Source: Ignavibacteriales bacterium
GTDB taxonomy: Bacteria; Bacteroidota; Ignavibacteria; UBA10030; UBA6906
Length of the DNA: 23,705 nt
Direction of reading: 5' to 3'
NCBI GenBank assembly: GCA_037441705.1
Contig: JBBIRR010000054.1
Location: forward strand, 1 to 23,705
Numbering within the stretch: position 1 is the first letter of the stretch; every line of letters starts with the position of its first letter. Positions 9,813 through 18,427 of the stretch are shown piece by piece. Both the position numbers and the translations under genes were made by a program. The notes beneath the pieces are model-generated. The model was not told where the DNA came from and made no database searches. It worked only from the letters and a program-made list of their open reading frames with translations.

Positions 9813-9920
9813 GACGAGTCGTTGCGCACGCGTTCTCTCCTCTGTGAGCCGTTTTCCTCTCTGGGTGATGCCGGATGAGGGAAACGGCTCAAGTGTTTCA
9901 AAGCATAAGGAGGAGAAGTC

Positions 9921-12344
9921 ATGAAGCAAGTGCTTGCAGTGATCCTCTTGATTCTCGTTCCAGTTGCCGACGCGCTGAGTCAGGCAAGCAGCGGCATCAG
10001 AGGGCATGTGACCGATGCGGCCACAGGCAAGCCGATCGCCGGCGCGAACGTGATCGTCGAGCGAACCGGTCTCGGTGCATCAACCAATGCCGAAGGCGAG
10101 TATGTGATTACGGGACTGAAGGACACGACCTACATTGTCCGGGCTTCGCATGTCGGCTATGCGACGCAGCGCTTTCGGGCGGTTCTTGCAAAGGAGGGAC
10201 TCGTGCAAGTGGATTTCGCGCTGCGTCTTTCGGAAATTCTCGGTCAGCCCATTGTTGTGACCGCGACGCGGGGTCGAGAGCGCGAAACACCGGCAACATT
10301 CTCGACGCTCGAGCGAGAACAGATTCGTGAACGCTACACAACGCAGGACATTCCCGTGCTGCTCTCGGAGCTTCCTTCCATCACGTACTATTCCGAAGCG
10401 GGCAACAACATTGGCTACACGTACTTGAACATCCGCGGGTTCGATGCGCGGCGGATTGCGGTGATGGTCAACGGTATTCCGCAAAACGATCCCGAAGATC
10501 ACAACGTGTACTGGCTGGACATGCCCGACCTTGCGGCGAGTGTGGAGGATATTCAAGTGCAGCGCGGGGCAGGCAGCGCCTTCTACGGGCCGCCGGCCAT
10601 CGGAGGGTCGGTCAATCTGGTGACGAGCAACTTCGGCCGCGAACGCGCCTTTCGCTTTGCAGCAGGCGTCGGCAGCTACAACACCCGACGCTATGCGGCC
10701 TCGTTCAGCTCCGGCCTGATCGAAAACCAATATGCCGTGCACGCACGGCTCGCGAAAATTCTCAGCGACGGATATCGCGAGCGTTCATGGGTGGACTTCA
10801 ACAGCTACTTCCTCGGCCTCATCCGCTACGATGAGGACATGACGACGCAGGTGAACTTCTACGGCGGCCCCGTGGCCGACCATCTTGCCTACTACGGCAT
10901 CCCGAAAGCGGACGTGAAGGATCGAACGAAACGTCGTGCGAACCCGATCATGCGCGACGAGGAGATCGAAAACTTTTCTCAACCCCACTACGAACTCTTC
11001 CACGAGTGGCGGTTAAGCCCGACGCTGACGCTCAATAACACACTCTTCCTCGTGTTCGGAGAAGGGTTCTTCGACTACGACGGCTCCTGGGCGCCCTTCT
11101 CGTACTATCGCCTGACGCCGGCAAATGGATTTCCGGTCGTCGGCGATCCCGACACGCTCTACTTGCGCAACGCATTGATCCGCGCATGGGTGGGAAACAA
11201 ACAGTGGGGGTGGCTGCCGCGCCTGACGCTTAAGCACGATAACGGCGAGCTTGTTGCCGGAGCCGAACTGCGCATTCATCGGTCCGAGCACTGGGGCAAA
11301 ATCCGCCGCGCTGACGAGCTGCCCATCGCCGTCCCCGAAAACTATCGCTACTACGAGTATCGTGGCGCGAAGGACATCCTCTCGCTCTACGCTCAGGAGC
11401 TGTACCGCCTGCGTCCCGATCTTACGGCGATGGCAAGTCTGCAGTACGTGTACAACCGATATCGGCTGTATGACGAGAAATATGTTGGAACGGACTTTTC
11501 TGTTCCGTACCATTTCATTAACCCGCGTGTAGGGCTGAATTACAACATTGATGACCACTGGAACGCGTACGTGAGCGCGGCCTATACCTCACGCGAGCCG
11601 CGACTGAAGAACCTGTACGATGCGGCTGAGGCGAGCACGCCGGCCTCGTGGGGTGCGGTGCTGCCGCAGTTTGCCGTTGATGCAAACGGGCGCTTCGATT
11701 ACAGCAAGCCGCTCGTCAAGCCCGAATCGTTGTTCGGCATCGAACTGGGCGGCGGTTTCTCCGACGACAGGCTGCGCGCTGTTGCCAATCTCTTCTGGAT
11801 GGAATTCTCGAACGAGATTGTCAAGAGCGGACAGGTGGATCGCTTCGGCCAGCCCATCACCGGGAATGCGGACAGAACGCGTCACATGGGCATCGAGCTG
11901 AGTGTGCGGGCACGTCCGGTCGAATGGCTTGAGGTGACGGGCAACGCAACGTTCAGCCGCAACCGTTTCGTCCGTCACACGGATTACTCGACCGGTTCGC
12001 CGGTGTCGCTGAACGATAATCCCATTGCCGGCTTCCCCGATGTGTTGGGTAACCTTCGAGTGACGTACCGGGCGAACAATTTTGCCGCGTCGCTCAGCGG
12101 CCGCTACGTCGGCAAGCAGTACACGGACAACTTCCGCAACGAGGCGAACACGGTTGATCCGTATTTCGTGAGTGATTTTCTGATCATGTACACTCTCGAC
12201 AATCTCGTCGATAATATCGGCGTCGAATTGAAGCTCGCGGTGAACAATCTTTTTGATCATCTCTATGCAACCTACGGGGAGGGAAAGGATTTCTTTGTCG
12301 GTGCGGAGCGAAACGCCTTTTTCAATCTTACACTTAATCTCTAA
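9921..12344 (+). CDS. TonB-dependent receptor, probable thiamine outer-membrane transporter
   Basis: AAGGAGG RBS; signal peptide; N-terminal carboxypeptidase-regulatory-like domain; plug motifs IRGFD..RIAVMVNGIPQNDPED..VYW and IQVQRGAGS...GGSVNL; beta-barrel end FFNLTLNL. Substrate inferred from the TPP riboswitch. Confidence 0.93.
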   Translation: MKQVLAVILLILVPVADALSQASSGIRGHVTDAATGKPIAGANVIVERTGLGASTNAEGEYVITGLKDTTYIVRASHVGYATQRFRAVLAKEGLVQVDFALRLSEILGQPIVVTATRGRERETPATFSTLEREQIRERYTTQDIPVLLSELPSITYYSEAGNNIGYTYLNIRGFDARRIAVMVNGIPQNDPEDHNVYWLDMPDLAASVEDIQVQRGAGSAFYGPPAIGGSVNLVTSNFGRERAFRFAAGVGSYNTRRYAASFSSGLIENQYAVHARLAKILSDGYRERSWVDFNSYFLGLIRYDEDMTTQVNFYGGPVADHLAYYGIPKADVKDRTKRRANPIMRDEEIENFSQPHYELFHEWRLSPTLTLNNTLFLVFGEGFFDYDGSWAPFSYYRLTPANGFPVVGDPDTLYLRNALIRAWVGNKQWGWLPRLTLKHDNGELVAGAELRIHRSEHWGKIRRADELPIAVPENYRYYEYRGAKDILSLYAQELYRLRPDLTAMASLQYVYNRYRLYDEKYVGTDFSVPYHFINPRVGLNYNIDDHWNAYVSAAYTSREPRLKNLYDAAEASTPASWGAVLPQFAVDANGRFDYSKPLVKPESLFGIELGGGFSDDRLRAVANLFWMEFSNEIVKSGQVDRFGQPITGNADRTRHMGIELSVRARPVEWLEVTGNATFSRNRFVRHTDYSTGSPVSLNDNPIAGFPDVLGNLRVTYRANNFAASLSGRYVGKQYTDNFRNEANTVDPYFVSDFLIMYTLDNLVDNIGVELKLAVNNLFDHLYATYGEGKDFFVGAERNAFFNLTLNL

Positions 12345-12350
12345 TGCCCG

Positions 12351-13082
12351 GTGCCAACGAAGCGGAATGCTGAGAACCAGGTGAAGAAACGTCGCCGCGC
12401 GTATCAACAGTCGGGGAGAGAACGCATTGATGCGTTGGTCATCTGCAACGGCGAGCCTCCCGCGAGAACACTCGTGCGTAAACTTGCCGCGCGATCGGGG
12501 ATCGTCGTCGCTGCCGATGGGGGAGCGAACATCGCGCGGCAATGCGGCACGCGGCTCGATCTGATCGTTGGGGATCTCGATTCCATCAGCCCGGCGGTCA
12601 GGAAGTTCTACTCGTCTGCTCGAAACGAACGGCCGGAATTGATTCATGTGCAGCGCCAGGACAATACCGATCTTGAGAAGACGCTCGACGTACTACAGGA
12701 AAGAGGCGTCAGGAGGGTGACTCTTGTCGCGGCAACGGGCAAGAGAATCGACCATACGCTCGGCAATCTCTCCGTTCTCTGGAACTACACGCATGCGATG
12801 GACCTCCTGCTCGTTGGCGACGGGTGGACAGCCGTGCCCGTGGGAACGAAGAAGCGTGTGCGTGCAAAGGCAGGCACCATTGTAAGCCTCATTCCGTTCG
12901 GCGCCTGCTCCGGCATCACGCTGAGGGGCTTGCAGTACCCGCTGCTTGACGCATCAATGCGTGTCGGCGAAATTGGTCTCAGCAACGTTGTCGTGAAGTC
13001 GCCTTGTACCGTTCGCGTGAACGACGGCAACTTGCTGATGATCATTCAGGCAAACCTTTTCACCATCTCGATCGAGCAGTGA
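12351..13082 (+). CDS. thiN: Thiamine pyrophosphokinase
   Basis: VAADGGAN, IVGDLDSI, QDNTDLEK, GKRIDHTLGN, GLQYPL, GLSN motifs. Start uncertain (GTG 12351 or 12381). Confidence 0.93.
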   Translation: MPTKRNAENQVKKRRRAYQQSGRERIDALVICNGEPPARTLVRKLAARSGIVVAADGGANIARQCGTRLDLIVGDLDSISPAVRKFYSSARNERPELIHVQRQDNTDLEKTLDVLQERGVRRVTLVAATGKRIDHTLGNLSVLWNYTHAMDLLLVGDGWTAVPVGTKKRVRAKAGTIVSLIPFGACSGITLRGLQYPLLDASMRVGEIGLSNVVVKSPCTVRVNDGNLLMIIQANLFTISIEQ

Positions 13083-14476
13083 TGGTGACGTTCGCGCCCG
13101 CTGATCTTGTTCTCATCGCAGGCTACTTTCTTGCCGTTCTCCTCATCGGATTTCTTTCATCTGCAAAGAGCGAAGCAGCGGACTATCTTCTCGCCGGCCG
13201 TTCGCTGACTCTTCCGCTGTTCGTGATGACGTTAGTCTCCACCTGGTACGGAGGAATCCTCGGGGTGGGGGAGTTTTCCTATCTCTACGGCATCTCCAAC
13301 TGGGTTGTGCAGGGCGTGCCGTACTACATCTTTGCCGTTGTGTTTGCATTCCTGTTGGCGAAGAAGATTCGTGCGTCGAATCTCATGACCATCCCCGACA
13401 AGCTCCACGCTGCGTATGATCTGAAAACTGCCGTGCTCGGTTCGTTCCTCACATTCATTCTCATGACGCCGGCGCCGTACGTGTTGATGCTTGCCGTGCT
13501 GTTGCAGGTGGTGACGGGCTGGAGTTTGCTTGCATGCCTTCTTTTGGGAACGGCGGCCACAACGGTCTATCTCTTCTTCGGCGGCTTCCGCTCGGATGTG
13601 AACACGGACGTGTTTGAGTTCATCCTGATGTTCCTGGGTTTCAGCGTCATTCTTCCGTTCGCGTATGAAAAGTTTGGAGGGTTGGAGTTCATTCGGCAGA
13701 ATGTGCCGCCGCTGCATCTGACGTGGAACGGCGGCAACTCGATCCAGTTCGTATTGGTGTGGTTTTTCATCGCGCTGTGGACGCTCGTTGATCCGGCCTT
13801 TCACCAACGATGCTACGCGGCAAAGTCGGGTGAGGTTGCACAGAAGGGAATTCTTCTCTCGATTATCTTCTGGTTCGTCTTCGATGCGATGACGGCTACG
13901 GCGGGACTGTATGCCCGCGCGGCGCTGCCAAATCTCTCTCAGCCGGTGATGGCCTTCCCCATGCTCGCCGAGGTAACTCTTCCGCCGATTGCGAAAGGGT
14001 TGTTCTACATCGGCATGCTGGCAACCATCATGTCCACGCTGAACACGCTCGCGTTTGTTTCGGCAACCACGCTCGGCAGGGACATTGTCTGGCGTGTGCA
14101 GCAGGCGCGGGACGAGTCGTCTGTAAGTCGGTACACGCAATGGGGCCTTGCCATTACTGCCGTGTTCTCGATCGCGATAGCGCTCGCGATTCCCTCGGTC
14201 ATCAAGCAGTGGTACACGATCGGCACGGTGGTGATTCCCGGTTTGCTGGTGCCGTTAGTGACGAGCTACTTCGAGCGCTGGAAGGTGAGTGCACGCTACG
14301 CCTTTGCAGCGATGCTCTTCGGCTGGCTGACGTCATTAGCGTGGCTCGTCGCGGGCTGGACGCAGCGCATCGGAAGCTCGGAGTTCTATCCGCTCGGCAT
14401 CGAGCCGATGTACCCGGGACTTGCCGTCTCGCTGATGGTTTGGGGATGGGGGTGGAAAGAAGGAAGAAGACTGTAG
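13082..14476 (+). CDS. Sodium:solute symporter family protein, probable thiamine/precursor permease
   Basis: ATG 13082 overlaps the thiN stop (TGATG); YLLAGRSL, STWYGG, GGFRSDVNTD, DPAFHQRCYAAKS, LATIMST motifs; many TM helices. Confidence 0.92.
   Translation: MVTFAPADLVLIAGYFLAVLLIGFLSSAKSEAADYLLAGRSLTLPLFVMTLVSTWYGGILGVGEFSYLYGISNWVVQGVPYYIFAVVFAFLLAKKIRASNLMTIPDKLHAAYDLKTAVLGSFLTFILMTPAPYVLMLAVLLQVVTGWSLLACLLLGTAATTVYLFFGGFRSDVNTDVFEFILMFLGFSVILPFAYEKFGGLEFIRQNVPPLHLTWNGGNSIQFVLVWFFIALWTLVDPAFHQRCYAAKSGEVAQKGILLSIIFWFVFDAMTATAGLYARAALPNLSQPVMAFPMLAEVTLPPIAKGLFYIGMLATIMSTLNTLAFVSATTLGRDIVWRVQQARDESSVSRYTQWGLAITAVFSIAIALAIPSVIKQWYTIGTVVIPGLLVPLVTSYFERWKVSARYAFAAMLFGWLTSLAWLVAGWTQRIGSSEFYPLGIEPMYPGLAVSLMVWGWGWKEGRRL
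14384..14474 (+). repeat. 91-bp direct repeat, copy 1 (3' end of the symporter gene)
   Basis: ttctatccgctcggcatcgag...gaaggaagaagactgt; matches 15160-15250 with 2 mismatches. Confidence 0.97.
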
Positions 14477-14483
14477 GTCCTCT

Positions 14484-14750
14484 CTATGGAAAGAATCTGT
14501 AAATATCCTTTCGATGCCTAACTCGTTCAAGCACAACCGTGTCACCTTCAACTTTGATCCCGACGCGGTAGTCGCCGAATCGTATTTTGTAATAGCCCTT
14601 GTACCCCTTCATCCTCTCAATCTTTCCGCTTTCTTCCAATGCATTGAACTTCGGAATCTCCTCGAAAGCAAATGCCTCAATGGCGAGTCGGATGGACGAG
14701 GGAACATCTGCAAGCTCCCGGAGAAACCGTTTTTGGTAATAGACTTTCAC
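14484..14750 (-). CDS. Type II toxin, RelE/ParE family
   Basis: 88 aa; MKVYYQKRFLREL...KGYKGYYKIRFGDYRVG...RVRHRKDIYRFFP is typical RelE/StbE; 4-bp overlap with the upstream gene. Confidence 0.93.
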   Translation of the reverse strand: MKVYYQKRFLRELADVPSSIRLAIEAFAFEEIPKFNALEESGKIERMKGYKGYYKIRFGDYRVGIKVEGDTVVLERVRHRKDIYRFFP

Positions 14751-14950
14751 TCACTCTTCTTCAGACCTGAGTAGAGCGATTGTGCTTCATGGATAGTGAG
14801 CGGCGTCTCATCCTCAACTTCACGGATCAGTTGAACAAGGCCATAGTTCTCAATAACTTCCTCGATTTTCTCGTACGTCTCTATATCCAACTGAACTGCA
14901 ATGCGCCGGTTCTCCTCATCAACAATGTACTTCGGGTGGAGAAAGTCCAT
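14747..14950 (-). CDS. Cognate antitoxin (small acidic protein)
   Basis: GGAGG RBS then ATG at 14950 (MDFLHPKYIVDEENRRIAVQLDIETYEKIEEVIENYGL); acidic, 67 aa, directly upstream of and overlapping the toxin. Confidence 0.85.
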   Translation of the reverse strand: MDFLHPKYIVDEENRRIAVQLDIETYEKIEEVIENYGLVQLIREVEDETPLTIHEAQSLYSGLKKSE

Positions 14951-14973
14951 CCAAGCCTCCAGTGTTTTGATGA

Positions 14974-15002
14974 AGTTTACAGATTTTGTGAGCAACTGTC
15001 AA
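14974..15002 (-). promoter_or_regulatory. Sigma70-type promoter of the TA operon
   Basis: Minus strand TTGACA (15002-14997), 17 bp spacer, TAAACT (14979-14974), 23 bp upstream of the antitoxin ATG. Confidence 0.75.
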
Positions 15003-15159
15003 TCTGGTTCTCTTCGTCCTCGCGTTCCCATTGGTATTCAGGCTACGAATTCTTCCTGCTGAAGTTGAGCAAAACTGTTAGCAAGAATCAGCACCGTCAT
15101 GTCAACTTGCTTGCATCAGGAGATTATCGTTTGCCGATACGGAGGCTCCAGAGAGCGAC

Positions 15160-15250
15160 TTCTATCCGCTCGGCATCGAGCCGATGTACCCGGGGCTTGC
15201 CGTCTCGCTGATGATTTGGGGATGGGGGTGGAAAGAAGGAAGAAGACTGT
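15160..15250 (+). repeat. 91-bp direct repeat, copy 2 (displaced duplicate of the symporter 3' end)
   Basis: Matches 14384-14474 with 2 mismatches (cccggggc vs cccgggac; atgattt vs atggttt). Confidence 0.97.
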
Positions 15251-15483
15251 CAACGTAAGCTGCCGGCGTGAGCCTGTCGAACGCATGTTTGGATTGAACA
15301 GAAATCATACCCGGGAGACTTCGCGTCCTCCTTTGACGTCATGTGCGAAGCGCTACAGGATCACTACGGCCTGACCAGAGGACATGCGGCCACACATCGC
15401 GAAGTACGACGGCTATCGCAGCATCGCTGTCACTCAATCAGAAACGGAACTATGCAAAACTCCAAACTTGTCCGTGACTTTGA

Positions 15484-15594
15484 GCAAGCAGGTTTGCGGC
15501 TAGGCGTTCGAGCGGGATTTAGCACTACAGCAAATTTAGCAATTACTTTCATACGGAGCATGTCAGCCCGCCTGACGCCAAACTGCTGTTACCT
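15484..15594 (-). mobile_element. attC site 1, degenerate (R' core lost)
   Basis: Minus strand AGGTAAC-agcagtttggcgtcaggcggg ... cccgctcgaacgcctagccgcaaac, starting 7 bp after the agmatine deiminase stop. The arms pair but no terminal GTTRRRY follows. Confidence 0.65.
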
Positions 15595-15601
15595 GCGGTT
15601 T

Positions 15602-16358
15602 TTATTTGTCGATTTTTATGTTCCACGTTATGCAGTTTAGTATCCCTCCGTCATAAGCTATTTCGTTACTATCAATGGTTTTGATGCTTTGTCCTGCAAA
15701 AATTCTTTCAAGTTGTCTTACTGCTAAACTGTCCTCTTTGATTCCAAAGGTCGGAACGATCACTGTGTTTTCCATTTGCAAATAATTGATATAGGCACCA
15801 TTTGCGTGGTCAATTCTTTTTTATGTTTGTAATCGTTAACAACAACCGTATTTTCGTCTATAAATCGAACCATTCCGTCCGAATGACCTGTGAAGTCGCC
15901 AGGTTGTTCGGGAACAAAATAGATTTTGTCAACCTGCAAAAGGTTCGTGAAGTTCTTTAATTAAATTCTTGCGTTCATAGGCAGGGTTGTCCTTGAAAAA
16001 CACGGTCAGTCATAATCACTTTATTTGTCCAACGTGTTACGTTGCCACCGTCAAGAATGATCTTCGTTTTAGAAGTGCTTATGCCAATTTTGTTACAGAT
16101 TGTGTCAACGTCCGAAATGGTCTTCAAGAGTTTCTTGGTCTGTAAGTATGATGGATTGTAAACGAACTGAACAAATCTGTTCAAGTCAGTTTGAATAGGC
16201 ATATAATCAGCTGCCCAAACGTCCTTGGTGTTTGGAAGTAATGCAAATTCAATATTGCACTCTTTCAATACCTTTTCAAACCGTTTGTAAAAGTCGGGAT
16301 ACTTAGTTGGTAGAGTGTCTGCTAAATATAGGAAGTTGGTTTGGCTGTCTGTTATCAT
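15602..16358 (-). pseudogene. Agmatine/peptidylarginine deiminase family pseudogene
   Basis: DVWAADYMP and ILDGGNV in the listed ORF. After +1 frameshifts near 15998 and 15942 it continues as VFKDNPAYERK, then QVDKIYFVPEQPGDFTGHSDGMVRF. After a further break near 15812 it reads NGAYINYLQMENTVIVPTFG...DGGILNCITWNIKIDK* (TAA 15604-15602). Visibly AT-rich. Confidence 0.9.
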
Positions 16359-16600
16359 TGAGGCAATTTGCTCGTATAGTAATTGATTCTATGAGCTTTT
16401 TTCATTCGTGGATATCTCGGAGAGGGTCAGCCTTACAAAGCAATTCCGTTTGATATACTGCTGAAGTTGTTTTCCAAAACCGATTTCGTTTTGCTCTGTC
16501 GATGAAGTCTCACGTTACGTGAAACAGCATTGGAAATCCCCCTGCTATGAGAATTGTGAACTCAGTCCTTTCGGTTGACTGCTACGTCCGTTATAGGTCT

Positions 16601-16660
16601 GGCTAACGGCTTGCGTCAGCCGCCGAGCGAAGCGAGGTCGGCTGCACGCTTTTGTTAGGC
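16601..16660 (-). mobile_element. attC site 2 (60 bp)
   Basis: Minus strand R'' GCCTAAC ... gtgcagccgacctcgcttcgctcggcggctgac ... R' GTTAGCC. Confidence 0.9.
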
Positions 16661-16672
16661 ATTGGGCCATAG

Positions 16673-17389
16673 TTAGTTAGAAGCAAAGCGCTGCTTCAAG
16701 CCCTTAAAAAGCCGCCCGTAAGTTGCAATTGCGTCACTCTGCCTACCTGCTTTGATCTCTTGCACAGCTTGCTCGACCTGAAGGAAGATTTCTTCAAAAA
16801 TGCGGTCAGAGTCGGGCTGTTGTTCGATATTCTGAACAATGACCGGCGCAAAACGATAGTATTCTTGGACAAGCTGGCGTCCGTTTGGAAGCATAGACAC
16901 GTACTCATCGCGAAAACGCCGGAGAATGACAAGTTGCTCGCAGTGGTCGGGCAGTCCTCTAGCGCGAGCGCATGCTGTGGTGATGAAACACCAAGATGAT
17001 GAGGAACCGGAGTCCTTTTCTGGTTCCTTTCCGCGAAAGCCAGTCCCTTCGTGTTCAGTGTAATCTCCAAAGAAGCCTTCCCTTTTGCGCGACTCCCCCG
17101 TCTTCTTACCGGACGAATCCGTGTGTTCGACGTATTTTCCAAAAAAGCCCTCTCTCTCCCGAGACTCGCCAGTTTTCCTGCCTGACGTGTCAGTATGCTC
17201 CGTGTACGCACCAAAGAACCCTTCTCGGTCACGAGATTCACCGATCTTGTTGCCGTGAGCGTCATAATGCTCTACGTACTTTCCGAAGAACCCTTCTCTT
17301 TCACGCGACTCGCCGATCTTGTTGCCTTGATCGTCGTAGTGCTCGGTGTACTTCCCAAAGAATCCCTCGCGTTCGTATGACTTCGGCAT
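16673..17389 (-). CDS. 24-aa tandem-repeat protein with C-terminal CFI-box-CTERM domain (cassette gene)
   Basis: AGGAGG RBS; 4.5 copies of REGFFGxYxEHxDxxGxKxGESRx; Ser linker; CFITTAC...LRRFRDEY...GRQLVQEYYRFAP. Confidence 0.88.
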   Translation of the reverse strand: MPKSYEREGFFGKYTEHYDDQGNKIGESREREGFFGKYVEHYDAHGNKIGESRDREGFFGAYTEHTDTSGRKTGESREREGFFGKYVEHTDSSGKKTGESRKREGFFGDYTEHEGTGFRGKEPEKDSGSSSSWCFITTACARARGLPDHCEQLVILRRFRDEYVSMLPNGRQLVQEYYRFAPVIVQNIEQQPDSDRIFEEIFLQVEQAVQEIKAGRQSDAIATYGRLFKGLKQRFASN

Positions 17390-17410
17390 GACTACCTCCT
17401 TCGGCTATAT

Positions 17411-17468
17411 GCCTAACGACCAAGCTCAGCGGCGGGCGAAGCCCGTCCGCTGGAGTGCCTTGTTGGGC
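17411..17468 (-). mobile_element. attC site 3 (58 bp)
   Basis: Minus strand GCCCAAC-aaggc-ACTCCAGC-ggacgggcttcgcccgcc-GCTGAGC-ttggtc-GTTAGGC: R''/L''/L'/R' layout with one extra base in L''. Confidence 0.93.
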
Positions 17469-17487
17469 CTTTCTCACAAGACGATGA

Positions 17488-18252
17488 TTACAAGAACATC
17501 CCGCCTGAAGCCTCGATTCGCTGCGCATTTACCCATCGTCCCTCCTCTGAGCACAAGAAGGCTACGAGTCCACCGATGTCATCAGGCAACCCGACGCGAC
17601 CCAAGGCGGTTTGTGATGCAATAAACCCCTTCAACTGCGGGTTATGCTCGAATGCACCACGCGTGAAGTCAGTTTCAATCGCACCGGGCGCAATGACATT
17701 TGCCGCTATTCTTCTTGGGCCAAGTTCCTTGGCGAGATATTTTACGAACACTTCGATGGCGCCCTTCATCGAGGCGTAGGCCGCATATCCCGGGATTGCG
17801 AAGCGAGTCAGCCCGGTTGAAACGCAAATGATTCTGCCGCCGTCTGCAACTTGAGGCAGGAGCGTTTGCGTCAAGAAATAGACCCCTTTGAAATGGACGT
17901 TGAGCAAGTCGTCGAATTGCTTCTCGGTCGTTTGCCCAAACGGCGAATGAACATCAATGCCAGCATTGTTGATCAAGAAGTCGAAGTCCTTGCGATACCA
18001 CGTGCCCCTCAATCGGGTTTCGAGTTCAGATGCGAAAGACGGAAATGAGGAAATGACTGAAGCATTCAATTGCAAATGAGCCGATCGTCGACCAAGCGCT
18101 TCAATCTCGGCACAGACGGCTGCCGCTTCATCCTTTCCCTCCCGATAGGTAACTACTACATCCGCTCCATTGCGCGCAAGCTGCAAGGCCATATTCCGTC
18201 CCAGTCCGCGGCTACCGCCAGTTATCAGAGCGATCTTGTTGCCAATGTTCAT
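17488..18252 (-). CDS. Short-chain dehydrogenase/reductase (SDR) family oxidoreductase (cassette gene)
   Basis: GAAGGAG RBS, ATG 18252 (MNIGNK); TGGSRGLG, LINNAG, YASMK, APGAIETD, QRIEASGG motifs. Confidence 0.95.
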   Translation of the reverse strand: MNIGNKIALITGGSRGLGRNMALQLARNGADVVVTYREGKDEAAAVCAEIEALGRRSAHLQLNASVISSFPSFASELETRLRGTWYRKDFDFLINNAGIDVHSPFGQTTEKQFDDLLNVHFKGVYFLTQTLLPQVADGGRIICVSTGLTRFAIPGYAAYASMKGAIEVFVKYLAKELGPRRIAANVIAPGAIETDFTRGAFEHNPQLKGFIASQTALGRVGLPDDIGGLVAFLCSEEGRWVNAQRIEASGGMFL

Positions 18253-18282
18253 ACACACTCCTTCGTTAGAAATGCTGCTGAA

Positions 18283-18420
18283 GCCCAACGACAGAACTGA
18301 GCGACAGCCGCCCCGCCGTGATAACGCCCGTGACGCTCGACAACCAGAGCGCATCGCCGAAGCCCGCGACTCTCGAACGGCAAAGCGGGGCGGCTGTTCG
18401 CTCCAGTGATCTTGTTGGGC
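18283..18420 (-). mobile_element. attC site 4 (138 bp)
   Basis: R'' GCCCAAC ... cactggagcgaacagccgcccc ... ggggcggctgtcgctcagt ... R' GTTGGGC; 10 mismatches to site 5 by manual count. Confidence 0.92.
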
Positions 18421-18427
18421 CATTCGT

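Noticed and set aside
14951-14995. ORF-track TTG start of the antitoxin at 14995
   Set aside because: It lies inside the predicted promoter spacer; GGAGG plus ATG at 14950 is the better start.
15266-15340. gtgagcctgtcgaac motif reminiscent of REP-like elements
   Set aside because: Single copy with no convincing inverted partner; cannot be supported from this window.
15099-15640. Plus-strand ORFs 15099-15374 and 15341-15640
   Set aside because: They run across repeat copy 2 (out of the symporter frame) and the degenerate attC; no RBS or motif support.
17050-17375. Regular ~72-bp periodicity resembling a CRISPR array
   Set aside because: Repeats are in-frame coding units varying at synonymous positions, with no unique spacers and no cas genes.
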